DNA of 54,316 bases from a virus. Lineage: Duplodnaviria; Caudoviricetes. Of the stretch, positions 17,881 to 27,000 are shown in pieces (the stretch's first letter is position 1; each line of letters begins with the position of its first letter). The DNA is taken from the IMG/VR virus record IMGVR_UViG_3300029258_005835, positions 1-54,316 of that record; one strand, 5' to 3'. The translations under genes were made by a program, and so were the position numbers. Below the pieces are notes generated by a model, which saw only the letters and a list, made by a program, of their open reading frames with translations, ran no database searches and was not told the DNA's origin.

Positions 17881-20604
17881 ATGCCGTACCCGCACGGTCA
17901 ACGTTACCACAGAACTCCGCCGCCTCTCCCCGACCCGTCCACCCTGCCCTTCCCCGGGAACCTGATACGGTTGTGCACGGACTGCGGCCTGCGAGCCAAG
18001 TGCAAAGCTCCCGTCCCTGGCGACGGGGCTGTTCCTGCCGAGGTCGCACTTGTCGGTGAAGGGCCGGGGCGCCAAGAGGATGAGTGGGGGTACAAACCGT
18101 TCGTAGGTCAGGCAGGGCAGTACCTCAACTCCCTGCTGTTCCAAGTCGGCTTACCCCGTGAATCCGTCTACGCCACGAACGTCGTCCATTGTCACCCTCC
18201 GGGAAACCGCACCCCGAAGCCCGACGAGGTGCGAGCGTGTGCTCACTGGCTGGACCTAGAGCTATCCCTCGTCCAGCCCCGTATTATCATGGCCCTCGGA
18301 GCAACCGCTATCGCTCGTTTCCTCGGTAACAACGCGGGGACGGTCGAGCACCTCCACGGTAAACCCATTGAGAAGGACGGCGTGATTATCCTTCCCGCCT
18401 ACCATCCCGCCTTCGCCCTCCATGACACCAGCAAGACGCGCCAAGTGAGCGAGGACTTCCAAGTCCTCCGTGGATTGGTCAAGGGCGCAGACTGGCGGAG
18501 CTACCACGTAGTCGACGAGTACCCGAACCCCGACTACCGCGTAGCCGACACACCCGCCAAGCTCCGGCAGATGCGGGACGAGATAAGCGACAGCGGCGAG
18601 TTCGCCGTCGATACCGAGCAGTGCCGAGGCAAGCTGTGGAGTGTCCAGATTTCAGCGCGACCGGGGACCGCGTGGTTCATCCCGATCCCCGACGATTTCC
18701 GAGGGAGGTACGATCTCACTGACCTGCCGGGGACGGCTATCGTCCATTACTGGCTCCACGATATTCAGTACGTGGTGCTGCGGGAGGATGATTTCATAGA
18801 CACGATGGTGGAGGCGTATCTTCTTCACCTCCCGCAGGGCCTGAAGGAACTAGCGTCGCGCCTATGTGGCGTCCAAATGAAGACCTACCGCGAGGTCGTC
18901 CGTCCCGGCCAGCAGGAACTGTCTCTGGAGTACCTGCTGCGTGCGTCCGGTCGCGAGTGGCCCGACCCGCCGCTGATCGAGGAGACCAAGTGGAACAACA
19001 AGAAGGGCGAACTGGTCACGCGGAACAAGAAGCCGTGGCATATCTCCCGCAAGATCAACGGCATCATAAACGACTTTTCCGCTGACGAGAACACCGACCT
19101 GTGGGATCGGTGGCGGAACATCCCCGCCGAGGAGCGTGCCGTGGTCGAGGACGTGCTCTCTCTCATGCCCGAGTCGTCGCTGGCCGACATCGACTTCGAC
19201 CAAGCGGTGCAGTACAGCGCGCGTGACCCCGACGTCACGCTCAGGGTCCACCACAAAATGCGGAAGATGATCGCCGACCTCGACCTCAACTTCGTGGAGT
19301 ACACGGACCTCGGCATCCTCCCGATGGTGGACAGCATGATGGCGAACGGGATGGCCGTGGATATCGAGCACTGCCGTCGCCTGTCCGAGGACTACGACGT
19401 CCGCATGAGGGTGCAGGCCGCCGAGCTTGCCGGAATGGTCGGCCATGCGTTCAACCCGAACAGTTCGCAGCAGGTCGCGGCGGTTATCTACGGTGAACTC
19501 GGGTTCAAGCCGACCAAGACCACAGCGACGGGGCTGATCTCCACCGACGATGCTGAACTGAAGAAAACGGGGCATCCGGTCGCCGAGGGGGTTATTCGCT
19601 ACCGTGGCCTGATGAAGCTGAAAAGCACCTACGCGGACAACATGATCCGGTCGGCCCATCCTGACGAGAGCGGCACCCCGAGGATGCACACGGTCATCAA
19701 GACGACGCGAGTGGAGACGGGGCGGCTCTCCTCGTCCAAGAATGACGAGGGGGAAGGTGCCAACCTCCAGAACATCCCGACACGCAACAAGGAGTCCAAG
19801 GCGATCAAGAACGGGTTTATCGCGCCTCCGGGCTGGCTGCTGGCTGAGTTGGACTACGGTCAGATCGAAATGCGCACCCAAGCTCACCTCGCGCAATGCA
19901 AGGGGCTGATAGAGTTGTTCAACAGAGGCGGCGACCCTCATACCGAGACCGCCGCACGCCTGTTCGGGGTCTCGCTCGATCAGGCCAAGCTGACCAAGTA
20001 CCGCTACCCGACCAAGCGTGCCGGATTCGGGATCATCTACCTGATCGGTCCACACGGGCTGTCCACGCAGATCAACGAGTACATCGCTGATCTCGCGATG
20101 GACGGTGAGTCCGTGGATATCGAGCCGTGGGACGAGTTGACCTGCGAGAAGTTCATCGCCGAGTACTATCGTCTCTACCCCGAGATTCGCAGCTACCAGT
20201 ACGCGCAGGTGGCTCACGCGCGGCGGTACGGGTACGTGAAAGACCTGTTCGGGAGGATCAGGTATATCCCCGAGGTTCACTGCCCGATACGGGCTATCAA
20301 AGAGGCCGGTGCTCGGCAGGCTGCGAACATGCCCGTGACCGCTACAGCCCAAGAAATTATCAAAGCAGCTATGGGCGAACTATGGAGGAGTCTGCCGCAG
20401 ACGGAGTGGGCGGACAGTCTGCGATGGGAAATGCAAGTCCACGACAGTTTGATAGTAGAAGTAGTCGAGGACGAGGAGGTTCACAAGCCGTGTCTGCGGT
20501 GGGTAGAAGACAACATGACGAACGTGGTGAGTCTGTTGGTACCCGTGGTGGTGGATACCAAGGTGGGAAAGCGGTGGGGGAGTCTGGAGAAGGTGGTGTT
20601 ATGA
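17881..20604 (+). CDS. polA: Family A DNA polymerase fused to an N-terminal family-4 uracil-DNA glycosylase domain
   Basis: UDG: CTDC, GEGPG, PFVG, HPA. Exo: AVDTE, DTM, YSARD. Pol: TGRLSS, NLQNIP, LDYGQIEMR, RYPTKRAGFGIIY, QVHDSL. Confidence 0.95.
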   Translation: MPYPHGQRYHRTPPPLPDPSTLPFPGNLIRLCTDCGLRAKCKAPVPGDGAVPAEVALVGEGPGRQEDEWGYKPFVGQAGQYLNSLLFQVGLPRESVYATNVVHCHPPGNRTPKPDEVRACAHWLDLELSLVQPRIIMALGATAIARFLGNNAGTVEHLHGKPIEKDGVIILPAYHPAFALHDTSKTRQVSEDFQVLRGLVKGADWRSYHVVDEYPNPDYRVADTPAKLRQMRDEISDSGEFAVDTEQCRGKLWSVQISARPGTAWFIPIPDDFRGRYDLTDLPGTAIVHYWLHDIQYVVLREDDFIDTMVEAYLLHLPQGLKELASRLCGVQMKTYREVVRPGQQELSLEYLLRASGREWPDPPLIEETKWNNKKGELVTRNKKPWHISRKINGIINDFSADENTDLWDRWRNIPAEERAVVEDVLSLMPESSLADIDFDQAVQYSARDPDVTLRVHHKMRKMIADLDLNFVEYTDLGILPMVDSMMANGMAVDIEHCRRLSEDYDVRMRVQAAELAGMVGHAFNPNSSQQVAAVIYGELGFKPTKTTATGLISTDDAELKKTGHPVAEGVIRYRGLMKLKSTYADNMIRSAHPDESGTPRMHTVIKTTRVETGRLSSSKNDEGEGANLQNIPTRNKESKAIKNGFIAPPGWLLAELDYGQIEMRTQAHLAQCKGLIELFNRGGDPHTETAARLFGVSLDQAKLTKYRYPTKRAGFGIIYLIGPHGLSTQINEYIADLAMDGESVDIEPWDELTCEKFIAEYYRLYPEIRSYQYAQVAHARRYGYVKDLFGRIRYIPEVHCPIRAIKEAGARQAANMPVTATAQEIIKAAMGELWRSLPQTEWADSLRWEMQVHDSLIVEVVEDEEVHKPCLRWVEDNMTNVVSLLVPVVVDTKVGKRWGSLEKVVL

Positions 20605-20663
20605 AGATCATATGCTACGTTCTTGGATACCTATGACGAGATAGAGGCGATCAGGAGGTCGGT

Positions 20664-20900
20664 ATGTGGGTAGTTGTAGGGGTGGTGTCGTACATTGTCG
20701 TAGGGGTCTTGGCCGTCTGGCTCATAGCCCTTGCGGACAGGGTGACAGGCCAACGGGTGGAGACTGAGATAGAGAGCTTTACCGTCGGGCTTGCCGTGCT
20801 GCTCTGGCCGCTGTGCCTCGTATTCCTCATCATCATGTACGGACTCGACGCGGTCACGTTCGTCGCCAAATGGCTGCGTGGAGAGGGCGTGAAGTCGTGA
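20664..20900 (+). CDS. Small membrane protein
   Basis: Two hydrophobic helices with LLWP; GGAGG RBS. Confidence 0.6.
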   Translation: MWVVVGVVSYIVVGVLAVWLIALADRVTGQRVETEIESFTVGLAVLLWPLCLVFLIIMYGLDAVTFVAKWLRGEGVKS

Positions 20901-20928
20901 GTAGCGCGATCAACGAACTGGGGGTGCT

Positions 20929-21141
20929 GTGATGATCTGTCCGAACTGCGGCCACGAGATCAGTGACGAACTGGTGCGGGATGCAGCACTGGCTCTGGAG
21001 CCGGATCGGTATGTGCAGGCGCGGAATCCTATGTCGAAGCGGTGGGTGAAGATAGACCGCTGGTCGGGTCGTATCGTTGGTACGTCACCGGAGCCGTGGC
21101 CTAGTGTTCCAGTGAAGGGGAGCGCATCCTCTAAAAAGTGA
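20929..21141 (+). CDS. Small Zn-ribbon-like protein
   Basis: CPNCGHE; QARNPMSKRWVKID. Confidence 0.55.
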   Translation: MMICPNCGHEISDELVRDAALALEPDRYVQARNPMSKRWVKIDRWSGRIVGTSPEPWPSVPVKGSASSKK

Positions 21142-21156
21142 GGAGGGTTTAGAGCC

Positions 21157-21471
21157 ATGACAACTATTGAAGCAGACGGCAACTTGGAGACGCTGCTGTC
21201 CAGTCTCTACGACGTACGGCGACAGAAAAAGGAACTGGGCGAGACGGAGGAGAAGCTGCTCGCGGAGATCAAGCCGCTGGTAGACTCGCAGTTCGACGTG
21301 CTGCCCAAAGCACCTATCACCGCTGGTGGTATCGTGCTGACCCGTGTTTCCGGTGTGAACCGGACGATCTCTGCGGACAAGCTGCTCGAGCGTGGCGTGT
21401 CGCCGGAGATCGTCGCCTTTGCGACGAAGACGAGAGAGTACTTCCAGTACCGTACCAGCACAGGACAGTAG
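21157..21471 (+). CDS. Hypothetical coiled-coil protein
   Basis: 104 aa, GGAGG RBS. Confidence 0.65.
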   Translation: MTTIEADGNLETLLSSLYDVRRQKKELGETEEKLLAEIKPLVDSQFDVLPKAPITAGGIVLTRVSGVNRTISADKLLERGVSPEIVAFATKTREYFQYRTSTGQ

Positions 21472-21473
21472 TG

Positions 21474-21638
21474 GAGGAGTGTTGGTACGCTCTTGACAAG
21501 ATTGTATGGATAGGTGTATAGTGACTACGAGGAGTGTTGGTACGCTCTTGACAAGATTGTATGGATAGGTGTATAGTGACTACGAGGGGTGTTGGTACGC
21601 TCTTGACAAGATTGTATGGATAGGTGTATAGTGACTAC
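21474..21638 (+). repeat. Three tandem 55-bp repeats, each containing a sigma70-type promoter
   Basis: Unit GAGGAGTGTTGGTACGCTCTTGACAAGATTGTATGGATAGGTGTATAGTGACTAC at 21474, 21529 and 21584 (one mismatch); TTGACA-N18-TATAGT in each. Confidence 0.95.
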
Positions 21639-21797
21639 TCTGTCAGCTAAAGCAGACAGCTTCTGCCGGAACGCACGGCCTACTGGCCCACGTTGGCTCG
21701 GCAAGGCTCAGTCCGAGCCTCAGAATATTCAAGGCAGCGTTGACATCGCGGTCAAGCACCAACCCGCAGGAAGGACAGGAGTGAACACGGTCAGCGT
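21631..21797 (-). mobile_element. tnpB: IS200/IS605 remnant: 3' end of tnpB plus right end (omegaRNA scaffold)
   Basis: DRVHSCPSCGLVLDRDVNAALNILRLG is the TnpB Zn finger/RuvC-III; followed by the RE hairpin GAAGCTGTCTGCTTTAGCTGACAG and the end GTAGTCAC. Confidence 0.88.
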
Positions 21798-21830
21798 GCG
21801 TGGATGCAGGGTAAGCAGGAGGCACAAGCA

Positions 21831-21980
21831 ATGGCAGACGTGAGGTGTCCGGCGGGTCACACAAAGACGTGGAAAAAGGGCCGTGTGCCAACGCGCCAAG
21901 GGCCGAAGACGCGGTACATCTGCTCCGTGTGTGGGAGGACGTTCTACGCGCCTGCCGACCGGAAGAAAGTCAGGAGGTAG
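21831..21980 (+). CDS. IS1/InsA-like Zn-ribbon mini-protein (49 aa)
   Basis: Manual translation MADVRCPAGHTKTWKKGRVPTRQGPKTRYICSVCGRTFY...; AGGAGG RBS. Confidence 0.7.
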   Translation: MADVRCPAGHTKTWKKGRVPTRQGPKTRYICSVCGRTFYAPADRKKVRR

Positions 21981-21985
21981 TCGAG

Positions 21986-22321
21986 ATGCCGATATTCGAC
22001 GCCGATACCCAGACGCTTCGGAGCAAGATCGACAAGTATGTCGAGGGCAAGGTCAAGGCATCGTACGTGCACTCCCAAGTGTCAACCCTCGGGGGAGTCA
22101 GCCGTGCCGCGATCATTGTGAGGGTGTCTCTCGACCCGAAGTCCAAGTGGTCGAACGGTATCTACCAGAACTCGCGTTACGCGATGTTTCGTCTGGACAG
22201 GAACGGCACGCTGGAACAGTTCGCGCAGTCGTACCTGCTCAAGAAGATGCGGAAGCAGAAGGCGACCAGTGTGCCAGATGCGATAGCGCGGATCAACAAG
22301 TACCTGAGTTCGGTTCGATAG
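21986..22321 (+). CDS. Hypothetical protein
   Basis: AGGAGG RBS before MPIFDAD. Confidence 0.65.
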   Translation: MPIFDADTQTLRSKIDKYVEGKVKASYVHSQVSTLGGVSRAAIIVRVSLDPKSKWSNGIYQNSRYAMFRLDRNGTLEQFAQSYLLKKMRKQKATSVPDAIARINKYLSSVR

Positions 22322-22341
22322 GCTGGGAAGGGAGGATCGAG

Positions 22342-22551
22342 ATGGCAAGACGAGTGACGATGACGAGGGGAGATGCTAGGAAACTGCTCGCCGATGCGGG
22401 TGTTGATTGGAGGGAGGACTACCACACGCTCCGTTCCAGCGAGGTAGACAAGGTGCTCGCCGTCGCCAAGCTGTATGGGTATCGTCGGTCACGGGGGGCT
22501 TCGGGGTCCAAGGCACGAATGTTCTTCCAGATGCTACAGAGAATGAGGTAG
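22342..22551 (+). CDS. Small basic hypothetical protein
   Basis: GGAGG RBS before MARRVTMT. Confidence 0.65.
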   Translation: MARRVTMTRGDARKLLADAGVDWREDYHTLRSSEVDKVLAVAKLYGYRRSRGASGSKARMFFQMLQRMR

Positions 22552-22583
22552 GAGGCCGACGATGGGAACACAGGAGGTGAATC

Positions 22584-22970
22584 ATGCCATCTAGGGTGCG
22601 GATATACGACAATGGAGGAAAGACCGTTGACCGCTACACGCTGGTGGTGCCCAGCGTAGATGAGCCAAGAAAGCTGGATATGTACGGTTTCAACGCAGCG
22701 CCGTACCACCCGCAGGGGTTTGGTCAGTATGCTGGCTCGTACGACCAGATGGGGTCGTACTCACATCTCGGTAAGCTGGTTCCTCTATCTGCTCTGCCGG
22801 AGCAGGCGCAGCGGTTTGTGCGTGAGACGCTGACTACACCGTTACCGGACGGGTATGGGATGCCTCTGCCGACGTCTTGGCCGGGGAAGACGAAGCCCAA
22901 GTCTCCAGCCAAGCGGAAGCCTGCTAAGAGGTCACGGAACTCACCGTCTGGTATCCAGAGGATGAGGTAG
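22584..22970 (+). CDS. Hypothetical protein with basic C-terminal tail
   Basis: RIYDNGGKTVDRYT N-terminal domain; tail KRSRNSPSGIQRMR. Confidence 0.75.
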   Translation: MPSRVRIYDNGGKTVDRYTLVVPSVDEPRKLDMYGFNAAPYHPQGFGQYAGSYDQMGSYSHLGKLVPLSALPEQAQRFVRETLTTPLPDGYGMPLPTSWPGKTKPKSPAKRKPAKRSRNSPSGIQRMR

Positions 22971-22975
22971 AGCCG

Positions 22976-23161
22976 ATGGCGAAGCGAAAGCCAGCCTCTC
23001 GAACCAAGAGCAAGCGCAAGACGGACAAGCGCCGGAAGAGCACGACCGCGCAGAGTGCCGCTGGTGGGCACGATACCAAGTCTCGCAAGAAGTACGACCG
23101 AGGCGGCAGGGTGGAAGCCTACACCTTCGGGGAAGCACTCGGCGGTAAGAGTTGGCCGTAG
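22976..23161 (+). CDS. Small very basic protein
   Basis: K/R-rich 61 aa; GAGG RBS. Confidence 0.6.
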   Translation: MAKRKPASRTKSKRKTDKRRKSTTAQSAAGGHDTKSRKKYDRGGRVEAYTFGEALGGKSWP

Positions 23162-23414
23162 GGCCGCAGGACGCGAGGAGGTAGACAAGATGGCGAGGAA
23201 AATGACGTACGCAGTTCGATTGGCCGGAGGTGAGTGGGGACGTACCAACAACGCCCTACAGTTCTGGTGCCGATGTGATAGACTGGCCTACATTTGCCGC
23301 CACAGGGCGGAGGATATACCCCGCATTCACTAGTGATGTTAGGAAGACGGCAGGGCGGAAACGGTCGAGGAGGTAATCGAGATGGGCGGACCACACAGAT
23401 AGGAGGACAGGACC

Positions 23415-23630
23415 ATGGCAGCAGGAACGCTGATGACGAGTACTCTCCCCACGATTATCGGGGCTGGGGTCGTGTCCCGCACCACGGACACCATGTTCGG
23501 GCGGCACGAACGGGGCACCAAGCGTCGGTCGCGGAGGGCCGCTGGGCAGCGAGTCGGGAACCGGAAGGTCCACATCGGGCCGCGCGGTGGGCAGTACATC
23601 ATGAAGAGTGGCCGGAGGGTCTACATCTAG
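23415..23630 (+). CDS. Small basic protein with PBCV basic adaptor-like motif
   Basis: RKVHIGPRGGQYIMKSGRRVYI; strong RBS. Confidence 0.7.
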   Translation: MAAGTLMTSTLPTIIGAGVVSRTTDTMFGRHERGTKRRSRRAAGQRVGNRKVHIGPRGGQYIMKSGRRVYI

Positions 23631-23741
23631 GAGGGTTCCCTCCACCTCAACCAGCACTACTATTATCCCCTAACTACACACTCCGCACCCTCCCACACCG
23701 CCATCCCCAGCTACTATTCCCAGAAGATTATTGGGATACCG

Positions 23742-23771
23742 TTGACAAACTATTGCCTCCGGTAGTATAAT
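23742..23771 (+). promoter_or_regulatory. Consensus sigma70-type promoter of the structural operon
   Basis: TTGACA-N18-TATAAT. Confidence 0.8.
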
Positions 23772-23814
23772 ACCAAGCAACAATCCAGCAACCTGCCGCA
23801 GGAGGTATGGAGCG

Positions 23815-23997
23815 ATGAGAAAGCAAACCAAACCCCGATGCCCGCACTGCAAGCGGACGATCCCCGTCACTCGCCACAGCATCCACAGGCGTCCAGACGG
23901 GACGACCTACTCCCGCTGGATGTGCCGCGACTGCGGGGCCACGTTCCTCCAGCGCGCGGACAGGCGGCGCACGGGGAACTACAGGAGCAAGTACTAG
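23815..23997 (+). CDS. IS1/InsA-like Zn-ribbon mini-protein
   Basis: CPHC...RWMCRDCGATF; RBS. Confidence 0.7.
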   Translation: MRKQTKPRCPHCKRTIPVTRHSIHRRPDGTTYSRWMCRDCGATFLQRADRRRTGNYRSKY

Positions 23998-24021
23998 GTA
24001 GCCGAAAGGGAGGACAGCGCT

Positions 24022-27000
24022 ATGGCGACGAACAAGGAACGTCAGGCTGAACTCCGAGCGCGGTCGGCGGCACGGAAGGCCGCGGGAGCGGTTGCGCCAC
24101 CGACCGCCGATCCAGCACCGACGCCCAAGCTCGACCCAGGCGCCCCGATGTCTCCGTCGACGATACCGACATCTGCGCCCGAACCCAAGGTCGACCTAGG
24201 CGCTCCAATGTCCCCATCGACCATACCGACGACCGTGTCTGAGCCGACGCAGCCGGAACCCACACCGACTGTCGTAGGTGTTGTAGGCGCCCCGCCGACC
24301 GTCCCTGCCCCCTTCGCACCAACCCCAGAGGGCGTGAAGGCCGCCGAGGAGCACTACGGTTCACCGGAGGCTGTTCAGGAGGCTGCCGCCCAGCAGGTGA
24401 AGGCAGTAGAAGAAGCACAGGCACCGACGATAACGCCTTCCCCAACAGGCCCAGTACCCGGAAGCATCGAGTGGTACCGACAGCGGGGGATCAACGTCAT
24501 CATGCCTCGCCCTTCCACAGCCGAGGAGATAGTCGAGTCCGAAGCAGAGCGCGCAGAGCAGGGGCTGGAGCCGTCCCTGCCACCCGAGGTTGTAGAGCAG
24601 GCACGAGCGGCTGTGGAAGCAGGAGAAGGCGCGTCCCCGCAGGTCGCCATCCAACACCTACTGGAGACGACGGGCAAGCTGCCGGAACTGCACCCCGACC
24701 AGATAGCTGCTGCCTTGGGCGAGAAAGCGACCGCCGAATACCTTGAACTTGCTGGAGTGGAGAACGCCGCAGCCGTCGCCGCCGCAGCCGCTTCTCGGGC
24801 GGAGGCAGAGTTGAAGCTGCGTGCCGCAGCCGGACTGGGTGTGTCCGACCCCATAACCGCCTCCGACATCCTCAAGGTGATCGGGAGCGTGGGATCAGGA
24901 GAAGCGACGGCGCTGATGGAGCAGGCGGGATACGCGAACCCGCAGGAGTTCGTTTCCTCGGCGGAACAGGCGGCACAGATGCAGGAGGCCATCACGGGGA
25001 GCGCGTCCTACATCGACGCCGAGGGGAACATAGACCTTATCGCAATGACTCGCGACCGAGGTGTTGAGCAGGCGGCGGCTGACCTCGCTGCCATGGGCGC
25101 GGTCGGTTATGAGGCGCAACTGAAAGCGGTAGGAGCAGCCCTTCCGTACATCGACGACGAGGGCTATATCAATGTCGATGAGTTCTCCAAGTTCTACGGC
25201 ACCGAGGAGGCCGTGAAGATGCTCGGTGACTTGGGCGTGGGAGGTGCCGCGGAGCTGGAGGAGAAGATACGCCACCAGTCGAACCCCTACAGAGGGCAGG
25301 CGTGGTGGGATGCTTGGTACGAGCAGAGGGCGCAGGATGAGGCTACAGCCAAGGCCGAGATAGCCCAGATGATCGACGACAAGACCGAGCGGGGTCTTAT
25401 CGCGAGTTGGTACGACCAGAAGAGGGCGCAGGACGAGGCGAAAGACCTGTTGCAGCAGCAGGGAATCATCATGTATCAGGAACCGCCTAAGCAGGCGTTC
25501 GTGGCCCCCGCTCTTGCCCTCCCTGCTGGGGCTGTACTTCCGGCCTTGGGTGGTCCTATAGGGGTAGCCCTCGGTGCTGTCGTCTTGGCTGGGATGCTTG
25601 CGTACCAGTACCGGGACGAGATAGCGGGTCTGTTCGACAGCAAGGCATCGTCCGGTGAACCTATCACAACAGCAGATGTCATGGCCGCTACCGGAGTCAG
25701 TCAAGCGCAACTTGCGAATATAAACTCCCGCGTTGCGGCGTTTGTCACGAAGCCAGAGGCGAATACGGTCGTGCCCGTAGCAATATCCGCGACCTCGACG
25801 GTAAGCCCGACGGTTGTGGTGCAGGAACCTCCTATACCAGCGACTGAGACGGTTCCGCTGGAGGATGCCGTAGCCGCTGCTGAGACGTTTGTGCCGCCGA
25901 TGGTACAAGAGGTCGAGACATCACCGTTCCCGTCAGCCCCCGCCATCGAGCCAGAGCCGGAGACCTTCACCCACGTTCTACCGAAGACGTTCGGTCTGCG
26001 TGATCCGGCGACGGGTGAACCGCTCCCCGAGGGGCTGATGGTCAGCCCTCAATGGGAAGAAGCTGTTGTCAAGCTGGCGAGGGATATGTACAACATACCC
26101 CGACACGTGCCGCTCGATAGCGAGACGTTCCACAAGCTGAATCCACTCATCATGCGGAGCGCCGCCGGGGAAGCTGTCACCATGCCGGATATCACGCTCA
26201 GTGGCACAACATACACGGTCCCCGAGGTTGCCCCAGTCGGGCACCTTACGCAGACTTTCATCGGTAGTCTTTCCGGTGAGGAGGCTAGGGACTTTGCTAT
26301 GGCTGTTGCCGTGACATCTGTGAGTGATGGCCTCGTGGGCGACGTGGAACCTGGTCTCTCTGCCGCCGAACTTCGTGATGTGTTATACATACGAGCTGCG
26401 GAGACATTGCACAATATGGCTGGGGACTTGTCTCCCGATACTGCGGCCGCCCTCCAGCCTTTTATCCTCTCGTTGGCGCTGAAGGCTACGGATACCGGCT
26501 TGGCGTCCGGTGCGTACGATATTTATGCGAGTCGTATGCCGACAGAGCCGACGACGCAAGAGTTGTTCGAGGAGGCTATGGCGACCCCCGTCGCTCCTGC
26601 GGATGAATCGTCTGTCGCGCCCGAACCGACGGTTCTCGAGCCGGAGATTGTTGAGCCTGTGTCTACTGTGGTCGAACCCGCGTCCGTGGTAGTTGAGCCT
26701 GCGGATGCGGTTGGGCCGGTAGAGGCTGAGTCGACGGAATCGGTAGAAGCCGTTGAGCCTACAGTTCCTAGTGAAACGGTTGTTCCGGCAGAGGCTGCAC
26801 CCGCTACCGTTCCGGCTGCAACGACTACACCAGCAGTCGCGGTACTGGAGCCGGTGGAAGAGCTGGAGCAGCTTGTGCAGGAGGCGCAACTCGCTTCATT
26901 TGCTGACTTGTACAACAGCGCTGCTGCGTCGGAAGCAGCTGTCTCAGCTGGGGTGACAGCCGCGCAGGCACAGGCTGCTCTTCTCGACGCTATGGTCGTG

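Noticed and set aside
18862-20352. 496-aa minus-strand ORF and similar long antisense ORFs
   Set aside because: Shadows of high-GC coding genes such as PolA; no motifs or RBS
2296-20604. Inteins or introns in RNR, helicase or PolA
   Set aside because: Reading frames are continuous and no C/S...HN-C/S/T intein boundaries or LAGLIDADG motifs were seen
21474-21638. CRISPR array
   Set aside because: The units are essentially identical end to end with no unique spacers, and there are no cas genes; better described as a tandem promoter/IS-end duplication
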